Shown: piece by piece, positions 1 to 12,620 of the stretch
How the letters are laid out: every line of letters begins with the position of its first letter
Position numbering within the stretch: the stretch's first letter is position 1
NCBI GenBank assembly: GCA_951406725.2
Contig: OX597814.1
Coordinates: forward strand, 41,292,001-41,356,000
Source of the DNA: Octopus vulgaris
Taxonomy: Eukaryota
DNA length: 64,000 nucleotides
Direction of reading: 5' to 3'
Notes under the pieces: generated by a model
What the model was told of the DNA's origin: nothing
Database searches by the model: none
Seen by the model: only the letters and a program-made list of their open reading frames with translations
Translations under genes and position numbers: made by a program

Positions 1-96
1 GGCTCCATACGATATCTTTGTTTTCGATGATTGTGGATAGATTTCGGAGCTCTGTTTTATCGTTCTCACATCTTAAACGTCCCCGGTGTTCTCTCT

Positions 97-312
97 TATT
101 ATTATTTTTATTATTATTATTACTATTATTACAATTTTATTGATGTTGTTGTTGTTATTTTTATTAAGTTTATTATTGTTATTATTGTCATTATCCTTAT
201 TATTATTAGTAGTAGTAGTGATAGTATAATTAATTATTATCATTGTTGTTGTCGTTGTCGTTATCATGCGACTTATTCTTCTTCTCCTTCTTCTGCTTCC
301 CATTGTTGTTGT
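97..312. repeat. Compound (TTA/TTG/TAG)n low-complexity microsatellite
   Basis: Directly visible trinucleotide runs; explains the poly-Y/I/N ORFs. Confidence 0.9.
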
Positions 313-323
313 AGCTGTCATTA

Positions 324-498
324 GGTGGTGAGACTGCAGTATAGTCAGCACACCGGGCTAAATGCTTACCGGCATTTTGTCCGTCATTATTTTCTGAGTT
401 TAAATTCTGTCGGAATTTACTCTGTTCTTCATCCTTTCGGGATCGATCCAGTTGTATTCGTCCTTCCCCTTAAATTCCTTGAGCTGTGCCATATGTTT
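324..498 (+). mobile_element. tRNA-derived SINE, octopus-type family A, degenerate
   Basis: GGTGGTGAGACTGCAG...CTGAGTTTAAATTC (B-box-like)...TTCATCCTTTCGGGATCGAT aligns with reverse-strand copies at 9585, 32188 and 59650. Confidence 0.75.
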
Positions 499-1624
499 AA
501 TCTATCATTAATCTATCGTCGTCATCTTGATCATCATCGCTTTAGAGATCAGATGCATACGATGCTAGTTGCAGTGATAAACCACAGCTGCAAACGTGTA
601 CTGAAATAGGACTGCTGAATACAAATCAATGATGTCGCATACCTTTGATCCCAGCTATACTCAGAATGTCGGCTCAGCAAATTTCTTTGCAGAATAATTA
701 CTGGTATGCATACATTCGTAAAATGGACGTAATATAATATTTGTGAAGTAAATTTTATAGTAAATTTGAAGTAATTGCTAGCTAAATTGAAAGAATAACA
801 AAGATAGTTCAGTTCAGAATTCTAAAGATTACGCAATTTACAAATATACACAAAAAATGCAAGCATGTCTAAATGCGTCTATGAGACATACGTAACTTAA
901 CCATTGTAGTTGAAGTCAAAGGTAAGGATGATAACATACGTTCATTCTTTATCATTTTTCCGCAAAATAAATTTTAACTTTCAAATGCAGAAGAATAAAA
1001 AAAAAGGGAAAATAATCGTATGAGATAAATATGAACGATAGAGAAAATAAGTTTTCTTTTTCAAATCTCGTGTGGAGCTCACCGAATATTTTATGCTTTT
1101 TTATTGAAAACTTTAAAATAATTTTTTTAATAATTTCATTTATACATATTTTATTCGTTTCCCGAAATGTAGTTTAAGAAATATCTCAACCAGTGTATGT
1201 AAAACAAAATATTTATAGAAATATTTTTCTTCAACATAATAGATAAAACAGAAACCCAGTTGAAACTATCAAAAGAATACACTGAATAATTGTCAGAAGG
1301 GAACATCATCCAAAATAAATGCAGTAGAAATAAATTAAAGTTGGCTTATGTAAACGGAAGATGCTGATGTCACATGTCAGAGAAATGATTGGTTGGGTTT
1401 TGTTAACAATCCCAACTCGCAAATCTACTACTATTAGTACAGCTGTTAAATTTTGTTAATCAACATATTAAAGAAAAACCTTCCTACTGAAGTGAAATTT
1501 ACTGCTGTTATTTTCAATTAGGTTGTTCAGCTGCCTACGTAACATAAGCCTTTCTTAGATTTTGCTGTTATATTATTATCAATCGTTAGCTCAGTCACTT
1601 TGAGAAATATTAGCAGAAATATTA

Positions 1625-1700
1625 TTTTCTACACTAGGCACAAGGCTCAAAAATTTTGAAGAGAAGGCCAGTCTATTACATCGGCCCCAGTACGCAAATG
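1625..1700 (-). mobile_element. 3' fragment of SINE family A
   Basis: TTCTACACTAGGCACAAGGC...CCAGTC...CCCCAGTACGCAA matches the 3' half of the 9585-9810 copy. Confidence 0.6.
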
Positions 1701-2252
1701 TTATTGCAATATTTTTCGAAAGTAATTAATATTTTTAAGGTTATTCACCTATCAACATTGCCCTGTCAAATGTCTCCGAAGTAAGATTTTATAACACACG
1801 GATTCAGAGCTAAAATTTTTTTTAAATGTCTAGTGACGGCCTGTTGTATGTCGCAATTATTTTTACAAACAATAAGTCCTCACTAAACTCTAGTCTGCAT
1901 GAAGCTGAGTGAAATTTTTTTAAAATTTTAATTGTGAAAATTATCCTGCCAAAACATTTTGTTTGAAAATAGTGTTTCAACAATATTGTTCCTGTCAAGG
2001 AGAAACCTAGAAGAAAATTGGAATGATTTTTTAACTGTTTTACAAAGTTTTGGCCTGGACTATCGAGTGGCTTTTGCTGTATTTTGAATTGTTGCTCTCT
2101 CTTCATCTGTCTTTTATTAAAAAAATCTCTTTTAGTGAACTGTTTATTTCTTCTCTTCTTCCTTTTGTTTGGACTATTTTCCTCTTTCTTTATTTTCCTT
2201 AATTATTTTATATTTTAACAACTGTATTTTTGGACTCTTTAAAAATAAAAAC

Positions 2253-3480
2253 ATGGCAAATAGCAATGAAAAGATGGTGGAATGGGAAATTACACCGCTC
2301 AACAAATGGTTAAAAGAACTTGAAAGTAAGACGGTGGATTTGAGGACATGGCGTTTTCAGAAAGGATATAAACGAAAAAGAACTGGCCGAATTTAAGCCA
2401 GCGATTAAGTTTATCGCTCGGGGAGTTAAATACGCCACCATGTGGTTGCTGTTTGACTCCCCAGAAGTGGCCCGCGAATTTGCCAACCAGCCCCTGGAAG
2501 GCAATGAAATTTTGTTGCTTCACACTTATTGTGGGAAGAGTTTGACGAGGGCTTGGGATTGTGGCTTGCCACCGGGTGTTGAGCCCGAGTGTATAGGAGA
2601 TACTATCCACCGGGGTCTCGGTGGCAGTAGCACCAAGCTCCTCAAAGTAAATATTCTGTCTGCGGCTGAATAGGAGGGGTCAAAATCTGTTTTGATCCTA
2701 TGGACACAGTCAGCCGAAAGTCTGGTATTTCAAGACTTTTTTAGAATGGCCTGATCTACGTATCCGGTGATACTTGAGCACGCCTCCCCCAAGTGTCATC
2801 GGTTCTTCAAACCTCGCCATATAAAAAAGAACAGTTCTTAAGGGTAAAGCAAAGTCCTGGAGTCCTCTGTAGGGAAGGGAATGAGGCGGCCGAGGAGACG
2901 GACTCCTCAAAGAAGAGCCGCAAAAGGAAGAAAGAGAGCAATCATGGGTGCTCACAGAAGGATCCTGAGGATGAGGGAGGGGAGGCAAATCTCCAGATCA
3001 CGGAGGAGACGCAACCTCCCCCAGTCGAGAAGAAAAAAAGGTAAGAGGAGAAGAAACGGGACAATGCCGGCAGTCGGAGAAATAACACCGGAGTGTCACG
3101 GAACCTTGACGGTTGTGCCACCGCAGGGGGGAGACACCATTAGCGGGAATTGTGCAACCAAGAGTAAAATTGATCTCCTCGGACCCGGATGACGATAAAT
3201 TGTTGGTCTTCTTTTATGGAGGCGGAGAGGTGGAAAAGATAGTGAAAGAACACTACGAGGGAATATCTTTGGCCTTCAAACAGGACCCCGAATAGTCTCC
3301 GCAGATAGCTGTGGAGGTCATAACGTTGCGCGTGTTTCTAAAGCTGAAGGGACTAATAGAAGAATATCGCTCGTGGCCGGGTGACGCCAACTCGGAGACA
3401 GCCTTGATTTTAAAGGAAGCATGGGCTATGGTGGAGTACACGGACACAAGCGATGATGAGGGGGGAAAATTGAGAACAGT
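2253..3480 (+). pseudogene. Decayed LINE ORF1/gag-like ORF (RRM-like block, degenerate CCHC knuckle, K/E-rich tail); no ORF2
   Basis: Frameshifted ORFs from MANSNEK (2253). GVKYATMWLLFDSPEVAREF...LLHTYCGK is homologous to the 55-56 kb and 63-64 kb copies. PKCHRFFKPRHIKKNS at about 2790-2840 is a decayed CX2CX4HX4C. Confidence 0.65.
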
Positions 3481-3837
3481 TTGAAAATCCTCAGTGTTAT
3501 AATGTGTAAGAGGCTCAGTGTCTGATTTTTAAATGGACTAGTGTTGGTTGTATATTGAATATTTTATTGTATGTTATTGCATGTTATTGACTATTAAGTC
3601 CAATAATTGTAAGAACTATAGTGAGATGTTCTATACTTACATGAGGTGGAAAAATTGACAAGAGGTTGAAAAGCCTCAGTGTTATAAAGTGTAAGTTGCT
3701 CAGTGCCTCATGTGTGATTGGATTAGTGTTCATTGTATATTGAATATTTTAATGTATGCTCTTGCATGTTAATATTTGTATTGGACAATCAAGTCCAATA
3801 ATTTTAAGAACTGTCGTGAGAAGTTCAATACCTCATT
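3462..3837 (+). repeat. Two diverged ~185-bp tandem direct repeats in the putative 3' UTR of the ORF1-like element
   Basis: GGAAAATTGA...CCTCAGTGTTATAA...TTGTATATTGAATATTTTA...AAGTCCAATAATT occurs at 3462-3646 and 3647-3837; an A-run follows at about 3853. Confidence 0.85.
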
Positions 3838-4008
3838 TTGTTTATTCTGTTGAAAAAAAGAACAATGTTTTAGAGAAACAAAAAATCGGCAGGCCTCTTT
3901 TGCCTTCCCTCATCAATATCATCCTTATTTCATCATTCACTTCTTCAATGTATATGTCCGACCCGCAAGCTACTCTTTGTAATGCCTTTATGGGAAAACT
4001 TGATGGGA

Positions 4009-4483
<475 letters not shown>

Positions 4484-4524
4484 ATATGCATACATGTGTA
4501 CAGGCATGTATAGATGTATGCATG

Positions 4525-4617
<93 letters not shown>
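4525..4617. repeat. (CA)n(TA)n microsatellite
   Basis: Directly visible. Confidence 0.95.
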
Positions 4618-4620
<3 letters not shown>

Positions 4621-4857
4621 TATATGTATCTATGCATTCATCAGAATGAAGGTATGTGATTGCACAGGGAAATTAGAGTGCATCATCATGATCCGGCACA
4701 TAAGCAAATATTTAATGCAGAGTCAATGATTTGCATATCATAAGAAGTAGATCAAATATGCATGATATTAAATAGAAAATTGAAATTCTTCGTGCACATG
4801 CATAAATTCATCGATATACTACCTGTCACTCTGTCTCGCATGTTGTCCTTGAATCAG

Positions 4858-4888
4858 AATGATAATAATGATGATGATGATGATGATG

Positions 4889-4961
<73 letters not shown>

Positions 4962-5223
4962 TAATAATAATAATAGTAATGATAATAATGATGATGATGG
5001 TGATGATGATGAGGTGGAGGAGGATGGTGATGATGATGATGATAATGAAGAAGAAGATGATGATTATGATGATGATGATGGTGATGATAATTATACTGAA
5101 AGTAATAAATATTCGTAACTATTACTATTATGATGGTTAAATAAATTATTATTATTATTGTTATTATTATTATCATTATTATCATTATTACCATTATTAT
5201 TATTATCATAATGACTATTATTA

Positions 5224-5260
<37 letters not shown>
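4858..5260. repeat. (AAT/GAT)n then (TTA)n microsatellites with a polarity switch near 5110-5140
   Basis: Directly visible. Confidence 0.95.
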
Positions 5261-5261
<1 letters not shown>

Positions 5262-5632
5262 GAGTGAGAGAGCAGTGCATGCCATCAAAGTGACACTGGG
5301 CAAAAATATACGAATCCCAGTATACCCATCATGACAACCATTATGATATGGCTACATCAGGCACATGCATCACAACCATATGTGCGCGACATGGTGATCT
5401 CAGATAAACAGCTCAAGACCTTGCAGGTGGGGCCCAGTAAGAATTTTCTTCTGGTGGAGTAGCCCACAACTTTCAAAAGGTCCCTGAATAAGGTTTGTGT
5501 AAGGATGTTAAGCGAAACACCATGTTTCCAGAGGTGAATTATCCAAACCCAAAAGAATCCCTTTCAACGCACGGCTATGATTCTCCCCCACTCCCACTGC
5601 TCGTGATCAGGGATGCACCTATCGTCAGCCTC
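5261..5632 (-). mobile_element. Interspersed repeat, probable 3' end of a non-LTR element ending in (AAT)n
   Basis: Reverse complement of 61840-62167; both copies end CTCTCTCACTCA followed by AAT repeats. Confidence 0.8.
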
Positions 5633-5779
5633 TAAACAACTGTTGATGGTCAAACAACTGATAAGTATATCTGTGGTACTGAGCAGATTATTTGCTGTAG
5701 CCCATCTTTTATACCAAGCCATGAGATCCACTGTCTGGTACTGCATCAGAGCATTTATTATTATTATTATTATTATTAT

Positions 5780-6077
5780 TCTATGTTTGACTTTTGCTTT
5801 ATGTCTGTACAAGTTGGCTCCACGTCTCACCCAGAGACCTCAAGAGACAACAGGTTGGAAGTTCACGTTGTTGTTATGCCTAGTGTGCCATATATTTGTG
5901 TTTATTTTTGGTGTTGTACTAGTGAATGTCTAATACATAAAAAAAAGTTTGTTTTAAACCTTGGGATTACATAGAGAGTATTTTCCGTAGGATATGAGCA
6001 GTTCCCATGTGCACTATCTTTTGAATTTCTGCCATTTTGGAGTTTCCTGGTATCTGAGTTAGGTAGCAATCAGTCCC

Positions 6078-6080
<3 letters not shown>
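5780..6080 (-). mobile_element. 5'-truncated 3' end of R4/Dong-like LINE (same family as 57512-59567)
   Basis: Reverse complement matches 59240-59567 (YLTQIPG..KMAEIQKIVHMGTAHILRK plus 3' UTR); flanked by (TTA)n on both sides. Confidence 0.9.
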
Positions 6081-6154
<74 letters not shown>

Positions 6155-6228
6155 TACTATTATTATTATTATTATTAATTGTTATAATAATAATAATAAT
6201 AATAATAATTATTATTATTATTATTAAT
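6079..6228. repeat. (TTA)n/(TAA)n microsatellite
   Basis: Directly visible. Confidence 0.95.
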
Positions 6229-7660
6229 TTTTATATTTAGTTTCTGAGGCGGAATAGCGTTGTTTTCTCTAATACGTTCGTGTGACTACAAAATCGGACA
6301 CGTTATACAGCTCTTTATAATGTGATGTTGGGATATATAAAATGAATGTTATATATATAAGTTTATATGTGTGTGCGTGTGTATATATGTATGTTTGTAT
6401 GTTTCAATATATGTATGTATGCATGAGCTACATTACTCACAGAGTTAAAATAAACGAAGAATATCTGAACATTTTGGAAGTAAACTTGTATATTACACAT
6501 TGATTATCTACTGCGAAGATAATGTTTTATGCATTATATAATATTTCAATGTACACTTTGCTGTTAAATACAGATTACGGGAAGTGCGTATGTTCCATAA
6601 TACCATAACTGCTAAAAAATGACTGACTAACTTTTGGCACACCAGAGAACCATATGCAAAAGAAAAATCAATACATATGTAATGTTTTTTTCAATTTGGC
6701 CCACGCTTAAAAAAACAGAACGCCTAATTTTCATTTCCTTTGTGTATAATAGGGAAAATGGAAGAATCAAATTCGTGTATCATCAGTTAGCTTAGCCGTT
6801 GATCTCTGATATAATATAATGAAAGCAACTTAAAATTTAGGCCAAAGAATGGAAATATATAAAAATGAAAGAGATATATTTGTGTTATTATTATTTTTCT
6901 TTTATGTTAGGTGATTACATTATCGATTGCTTTCCCTGAACTGCTAGATTGAAGGATATAAACAAACCGACAACGGCTGTCCAGCGGTGGTGTGGGTCAA
7001 AGAGAATCTCATACACACTCACACACACACAAACACACATGTGCACACGCACACACTTAGATATAGGTATGTATGAATGTATTTATGTATCTATGCATGT
7101 ATGTATGTATACGGATTTTCCTTTTAGTTTCCCTCTACGAAATCCATTCCCAAAACTTTGTCATAAGAAGAACATCCCAGAAATAATGATGGTCTTACAG
7201 ACGAATTTGGTCAACTTAAATGAAAATAGGTAAATTTTGCCTCCGTAGGAAATTAGAAACGGACAACCAAATATTGGTGTGTTTGTTACTTTATACCATA
7301 AAACATACACTAACAAAATTTAACATCCCCACGAACAGTGATAGCTTTGCGAAATGAAATTGAGAAAGCACACAACTTCACATATTCATGACATGTGACA
7401 ACAACATTTTCCGTTTACATAAGCCTTCTTTAAGACGTTTCTACAATATTTTGATTTGGATAAAAGTTTTTGGAGGAACAAATATTAAACGTATCGTTTT
7501 TCGTAGGAAAGTTAAGGATGAAAATAATATTTTGGCAGCTTTACCCAGATTTGGATTTTATCGATGATGCTAAAGAAAATATTTCGGAAACTATTGCCCA
7601 ATATGCAACGCAGAGGGACTGAACACGTTGCCATGTGGATGGAAAGCAAACTTCTTACTG

Positions 7661-8940
7661 TTGGGTTGGCAACTAAGTTCCCGCCGTTTTTTTTTTTAAA
7701 TTTAAATTATTTTAAAGGTTTAATAAAAAATAACAACTAATTAATCAATAATGTATTCACCCTTGTTGTTTACAACTTCTTCCCAACATTCAACAAGATT
7801 TTCAATACCTCGTTGTTAGATAGAAATCACCAGATATCGACCCGAAAAACTGATCCAACCAAGCTCTCAATTCTACATTAGTATTGAACGAAACTCCGCG
7901 CATAGCATTTGAAAGAGATCGAAAGAGGTAGAAATCCATTGGTGCCAAATCAGGACAGTACGACGAGTGTCGCAGCACTTCCCAGGCATGCGTTTGAATG
8001 GCTTCCTTGGTCATATTGGTGATATCAGGGCGGGCGTTGTCGTGGAGCAGAACTTCATGCTGCCGATTTGGCCTTTTCTCTTGACTAGCCGTATTGAGTC
8101 GTTCCATCTGTTGGGCATAGAGTTCCGCGTTGACCGTTTGGTTCCTTTCAAGCAATTCGTAATGGATAATCCCTTCCCAATCCCACCATACGCACAATAA
8201 CCTTTTATGCGGATGAAAATCTTGTTTCACACGCGGTGTCGCCTTTTTAACGGGGCTAATCCATTACTTACGCTGCATCATATTGATGTATCGTCGCCAG
8301 TAACGATTCGGTAAAGAAATCGTTGCTTCTGTCCATGACTTCAGCGGTGACGAGCAACCAAACCAGCGGAGATTGCGGCTCGTTGATTTTTGTAGTTGTC
8401 ACATAAAGCCTGCGGAACACATGCTCCATACTTCTGGACCTTTCCCATCGAGTGAAGATTCTTCTCTACAGCAGTGTGGGAACATCCCATTTTCTCTGCT
8501 AGTTCCCTTGTCGTTTGACGAGACTTTTCGTGCAAAAGTTATTTTAATCGCTCTTCATCGAACTCAACTGGCTGGCCAGAACGAGGTGCGTCTTTGAGGT
8601 CAAAATTGTCATTTTTGAACGTGGGATACATAATTCCGAGTGGTTCTTTCATGTATGGCACCCTCTTCATACACAGCAGAAATGTCACGAGCAGCTTTTG
8701 CGGCCTTAGAACTTAGAGAAAAAGCAAAACGAAGGTTTGGAAAATGCTCGTTTTTCTTAACTTCACATTCCATTTTATTCATCTGAAAATGAACAAAAAT
8801 TAACCAAAATTAACAGGATAAAAAAAACAGATTTCGAAATGATTGAAAATTAGAATTCTCGAAAAAAATAGATTCCAAGTTTTAAAAACGCAATATATTC
8901 TAAAATTTAAAAAACGGTGGGTACGTAGTTGTCAACCCAA
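7661..8940 (-). mobile_element. Full-length decayed mariner (DD34D) transposon, 1280 bp
   Basis: TIRs TTGGGTTGGCAACTAAGTTCCCGCCGTTTTT / AAAAACGGTGGGTACGTAGTTGTCAACCCAA; TA on the right, TG on the left; interrupts a family B SINE head. Confidence 0.95.
7741..8773 (-). pseudogene. Mariner transposase pseudogene
   Basis: MECEVKKNEHF...; LCVWWDWEGIIHYELL, LLHDNARP, YCPDLAPMDFYLF; ends GEYIID*; frameshifted. Confidence 0.93.
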
Positions 8941-9584
8941 TATATAGCCTCGCTTTTGCTTCTCAACACAATTGTAAATAATTATCAAGGAGCCTACGAC
9001 AAACATTTAAACGTTGCAAATTTTACCAGGCAAAATATAACAATACATATTACACATGTAAATAAAAAATAGAAATTAAACCAAATATAAAGTGTAAAAC
9101 TGTGATTAAACCAGAAAAAATGAATAAATAATTTTGATCAAATGAAAATCTGTGGAAGATTATAGAATAGATCATTGTAAACATGTACATTAGTAATATG
9201 ATAATAATCTACAGATTGAAATATTTAAAAAATTAAAATCAGTAAAGTTACAACCTACAGATCAGTGAAGACGTTTCTATATGTCTTTATATTCGGAAAT
9301 TTTTGGTTTTATATTCATCTTTTTTTTTTGTTGTGCGTACTTTGCAGACTGGTTTTCGAATGTATACTTATCGTAATGGTTAGTTGTGTTCATTCGTTTG
9401 TGAATAGGTTTACATGCTATTGGTGATGCAGAATTTTTTTATGGATCATGTGAGGATTGTTTAAGGATGAGATATATGTTGAAAATTAAAGATAGAAAAT
9501 AAACTTCATTGAAGTGGGCAAACATAGGCCTCGTGGTATTTCGAAATAGATGACGCACATAAATATCAGTAGTAAGAATCATGT

Positions 9585-9810
9585 AATCTGTTCTACTCTT
9601 AGCACAAGAACCGAAAGTTTGGGGGAGGGAACCAGTCGAATAGATCATTCCCACAACGCAACTGGTACTTAATTTATCGATCCCGAACGCATGAAATGAA
9701 AAGTTGACCTTGGCGGAATTTGAATGCAGAACGTAATGACAGAGGAAAATCCGCTAAGAATTTCGCCCGGCGTGGCGTGCTAACGTTTCTGCATGCTCGC
9801 CATCTTATAA
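9585..9810 (-). mobile_element. tRNA-derived SINE family A, near full length
   Basis: Reverse strand GGCGAGCATGCAGAAACGTTAGCAC...TTCTGCATTCAAATTCCGCC...AAGTACCAGTTGCG...TTGTGCTAAGAGTAGAAC; several copies in the window. Confidence 0.85.
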
Positions 9811-11029
9811 GAATCATGTAATATAAAAGCAGTATACCCGCATTAAAATAGAGATATTAGAAAACAAATATAGAGTTCGAATTATTCAACACAGGTGTAC
9901 AACATTTGATGGGAAACGAACATTACAGAAATATAACTTATAATAAAAAGACGCTCCAGCAAGGAAAGATATCGCCACTGAATGTTGCTAAATCAGTTGT
10001 TATGAAAAGCATCAGCCAATTATTCGACACAAAAGCGTCGACTTCATGCCCAATACTGTTATTCCAAGAACAAATAAAGTTAAAATACTGAACCATAATC
10101 ACACAAGTAGAATATTATTGGACGATAGGTAATAGACGGCAGTAACAGTGACGGGGGAATGTATATAAAATAATATATGCTGCAACTGAATACTTTTAAG
10201 GGATTACATATCCATATGACGAAGACTCTAATAAAATGAAAGTGAAAGTAATGAAAAATATATCCGATACTTCTATATTAGGCAGCGTATATACAAGACG
10301 TAATATTATAAGACTTTCTGTTTGAGTCATAAATATCACTTTAATAGCATAACAGAGGAGCAAACATTTTATCCACAAGATTAAAGAAGTCGTAAAGCAA
10401 ATGCACGTGGCAATTTAATGGATGGCTATAGCATGGAAGGCTATAATTAAAATATAGTAAAATGTCCTGATGGATGGTGTACTGGCTCATTCTGTTGGTG
10501 AGGACAATGACCGATCTGTGAATGCATAACCGAAGATTTTGAGCAGGAAATAATTAGTTTCATATTGAATAGTTTTGATGATACCTATACTGGGTTGAAT
10601 CCCTGTGTTAATTATTTTGCCTTATTTTATCTGGCTTTAAGACATTCAGAGCCTATTTTGATTTACTCTGAATGAAGTCGTGTATAAAATTAGGGAAGGA
10701 AAATCAGCATTAATGTGTGTATGAATGAATTCAAATTATAAACAGCAACGAATGTAAGTATATAAATTCTGTATATTCACTGGGCATACTGATCGGAAAT
10801 TACATATAGAACGATCCCGAATATGGAAACAGAAGTGAAGAAAGCAAAGATAGCAATTAATATGATGTTAGATACTGAGATAATAGGGAGTTAGTCGAAT
10901 CGTAGACTTGAAATTAAGTATCAGACACACACAAGGAAAACACAGTTCAGAAAACAATTTTATTTATACGCCATCAATATTCAGCTTTCTGAAACGAAAT
11001 AAATTAAGGTAATAAACTAGGGAAATGAG

Positions 11030-11195
11030 AAGCAGAAGGAAGACGATGATGGGAAGAAGAAAGAGAAGGGAAGGAGGAGAAAATTCAAGAGGAAGAGTAG
11101 TTGGAAGAGAAGACGAGAAGAAAAAGAAGGGAAGAAGTGAAAGAGAAATATGAGGAGTAAGAGAAGAAGGAAGGAGGATTAATGATGATGATGAC
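11030..11195. repeat. Purine-rich (GAA/GGA) low-complexity tract
   Basis: Directly visible. Confidence 0.8.
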
Positions 11196-11715
11196 TAGTA
11201 GTATTTCAAATATAAAAGATGCAAACGGTTAGTTTAATATTATGGCATAAGGAACGAGATAAATCTTACAAGCAAAGTAACATAGTTATAAATCAAATGT
11301 TGGGAGGTTTAATATATATTTCGTAGTGATTGCTGAATATAACCTATTAAAAACGATGAATAATTGATGAATTGTGTTGACAAGTATATGTGCTCCAGGA
11401 GAACGAGTATAGTTTATACATGCCTGCTGCGTCATTTTGTAGCGGAAAGATGTTGCCTTTGCTTTTCTTTTATGTTTACGCTTAAGTTGAACATGTGGTA
11501 AAAGTTGTTTCATATATTGCTTCACAAGTTGAAATATGATTTTCTAGGTTTAGTTTTGGCTTGAATGTTATTCAGAATATATGGAATTTTCGCGCAGAAA
11601 CGGTTTTAATTATAGTTCATATTTGTCATTTTACTGTTTATTTATGTTTGTTATTAAAGATGAATTGATAATTGTAACATAAGAAAAAATGTGATCAATT
11701 AAAGTTACAAGATTA

Positions 11716-12620
11716 TACGAGGGTGAGATGGAAATTGCATAAGCTGACTATCAAGGAGTGAGGATTCTTGAATGCAAATTTTCAACTCCTATTAAAAACA
11801 GTATTGTATTTTTACAGGTTAACAGATATCTAGCTGTTCAAGGAATTTATAGAAACAAAAGCGAATTCTCCTGAAAATGAACAAAATTGTTATCATGGTG
11901 TTAATAAGTCAAAGCAGAAAAAAGATTTTGCAGATAAGGATATTCATGCTATCGTTAATGGTTACTACATTAGGGGAAGACATTCCAGCATAATCAACAG
12001 TGCTAAAGCGGATATTTGAATTTACGTGTGTAGGGGGATACTTCCGAAAATTGTTCTCAGTATGAACATCCTGAACCTACCACAACCAAAGAAAAGATTA
12101 ACAATGTTCCACACATGGTAATGTGTGGCAGGCGTTTGAATATATTTCAAATAACCAAACCAATCAACATAACCTGCGAGAGTGTTGAGAATATTCTGCA
12201 CAATGAACGTTGCATACTGAAGATTTCAAACAACTAATCAAAGCCACACCAGGCTAGTCACAACACAGAAGAACTTAACATTGTTTCAAGTAGATTCATC
12301 AGATTTCCAAGAACATCTCCAAAACTATGATGAGTGCTGGTTTCATCACTTCCAGCTAGAATAAAATAAACCGTTTATGCGGTCGAAACACATTACCTCA
12401 TTTGCTTCAAAGTAGGTCGAGGTCGTTTTATCTCCAGGAAAGGCGATGGAATCAGATTTGGGGGATAGAAAAGACATTGTCTTTATTGACTACGTTTAAA
12501 AGGGCCACACCATCAGTGGAGAGTACTCTAAGACCAAAAGCCTACGAGAATGGAGTCATAGCTGCTTTTGTTTTACCGGAACACAGCAACTGCACTTTTC
12601 CCTCTTATCGATGACTTGCT
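11716..12620 (+). mobile_element. Old truncated mariner remnant (TACGAGGG-ended family)
   Basis: Starts TACGAGGGTG. DECWFHHFQ at about 12330 resembles DETWxHHF; a GKAM...GDRKDIVFIDY-like segment follows. Homologous to 50856-52154; no right TIR found. Confidence 0.75.

Noticed and set aside
1290-1380. Inverted similarity to 7390-7470 as TIRs of a 6-kb element
   Set aside because: Diverged with no TSD; more simply two dispersed copies of an old repeat.
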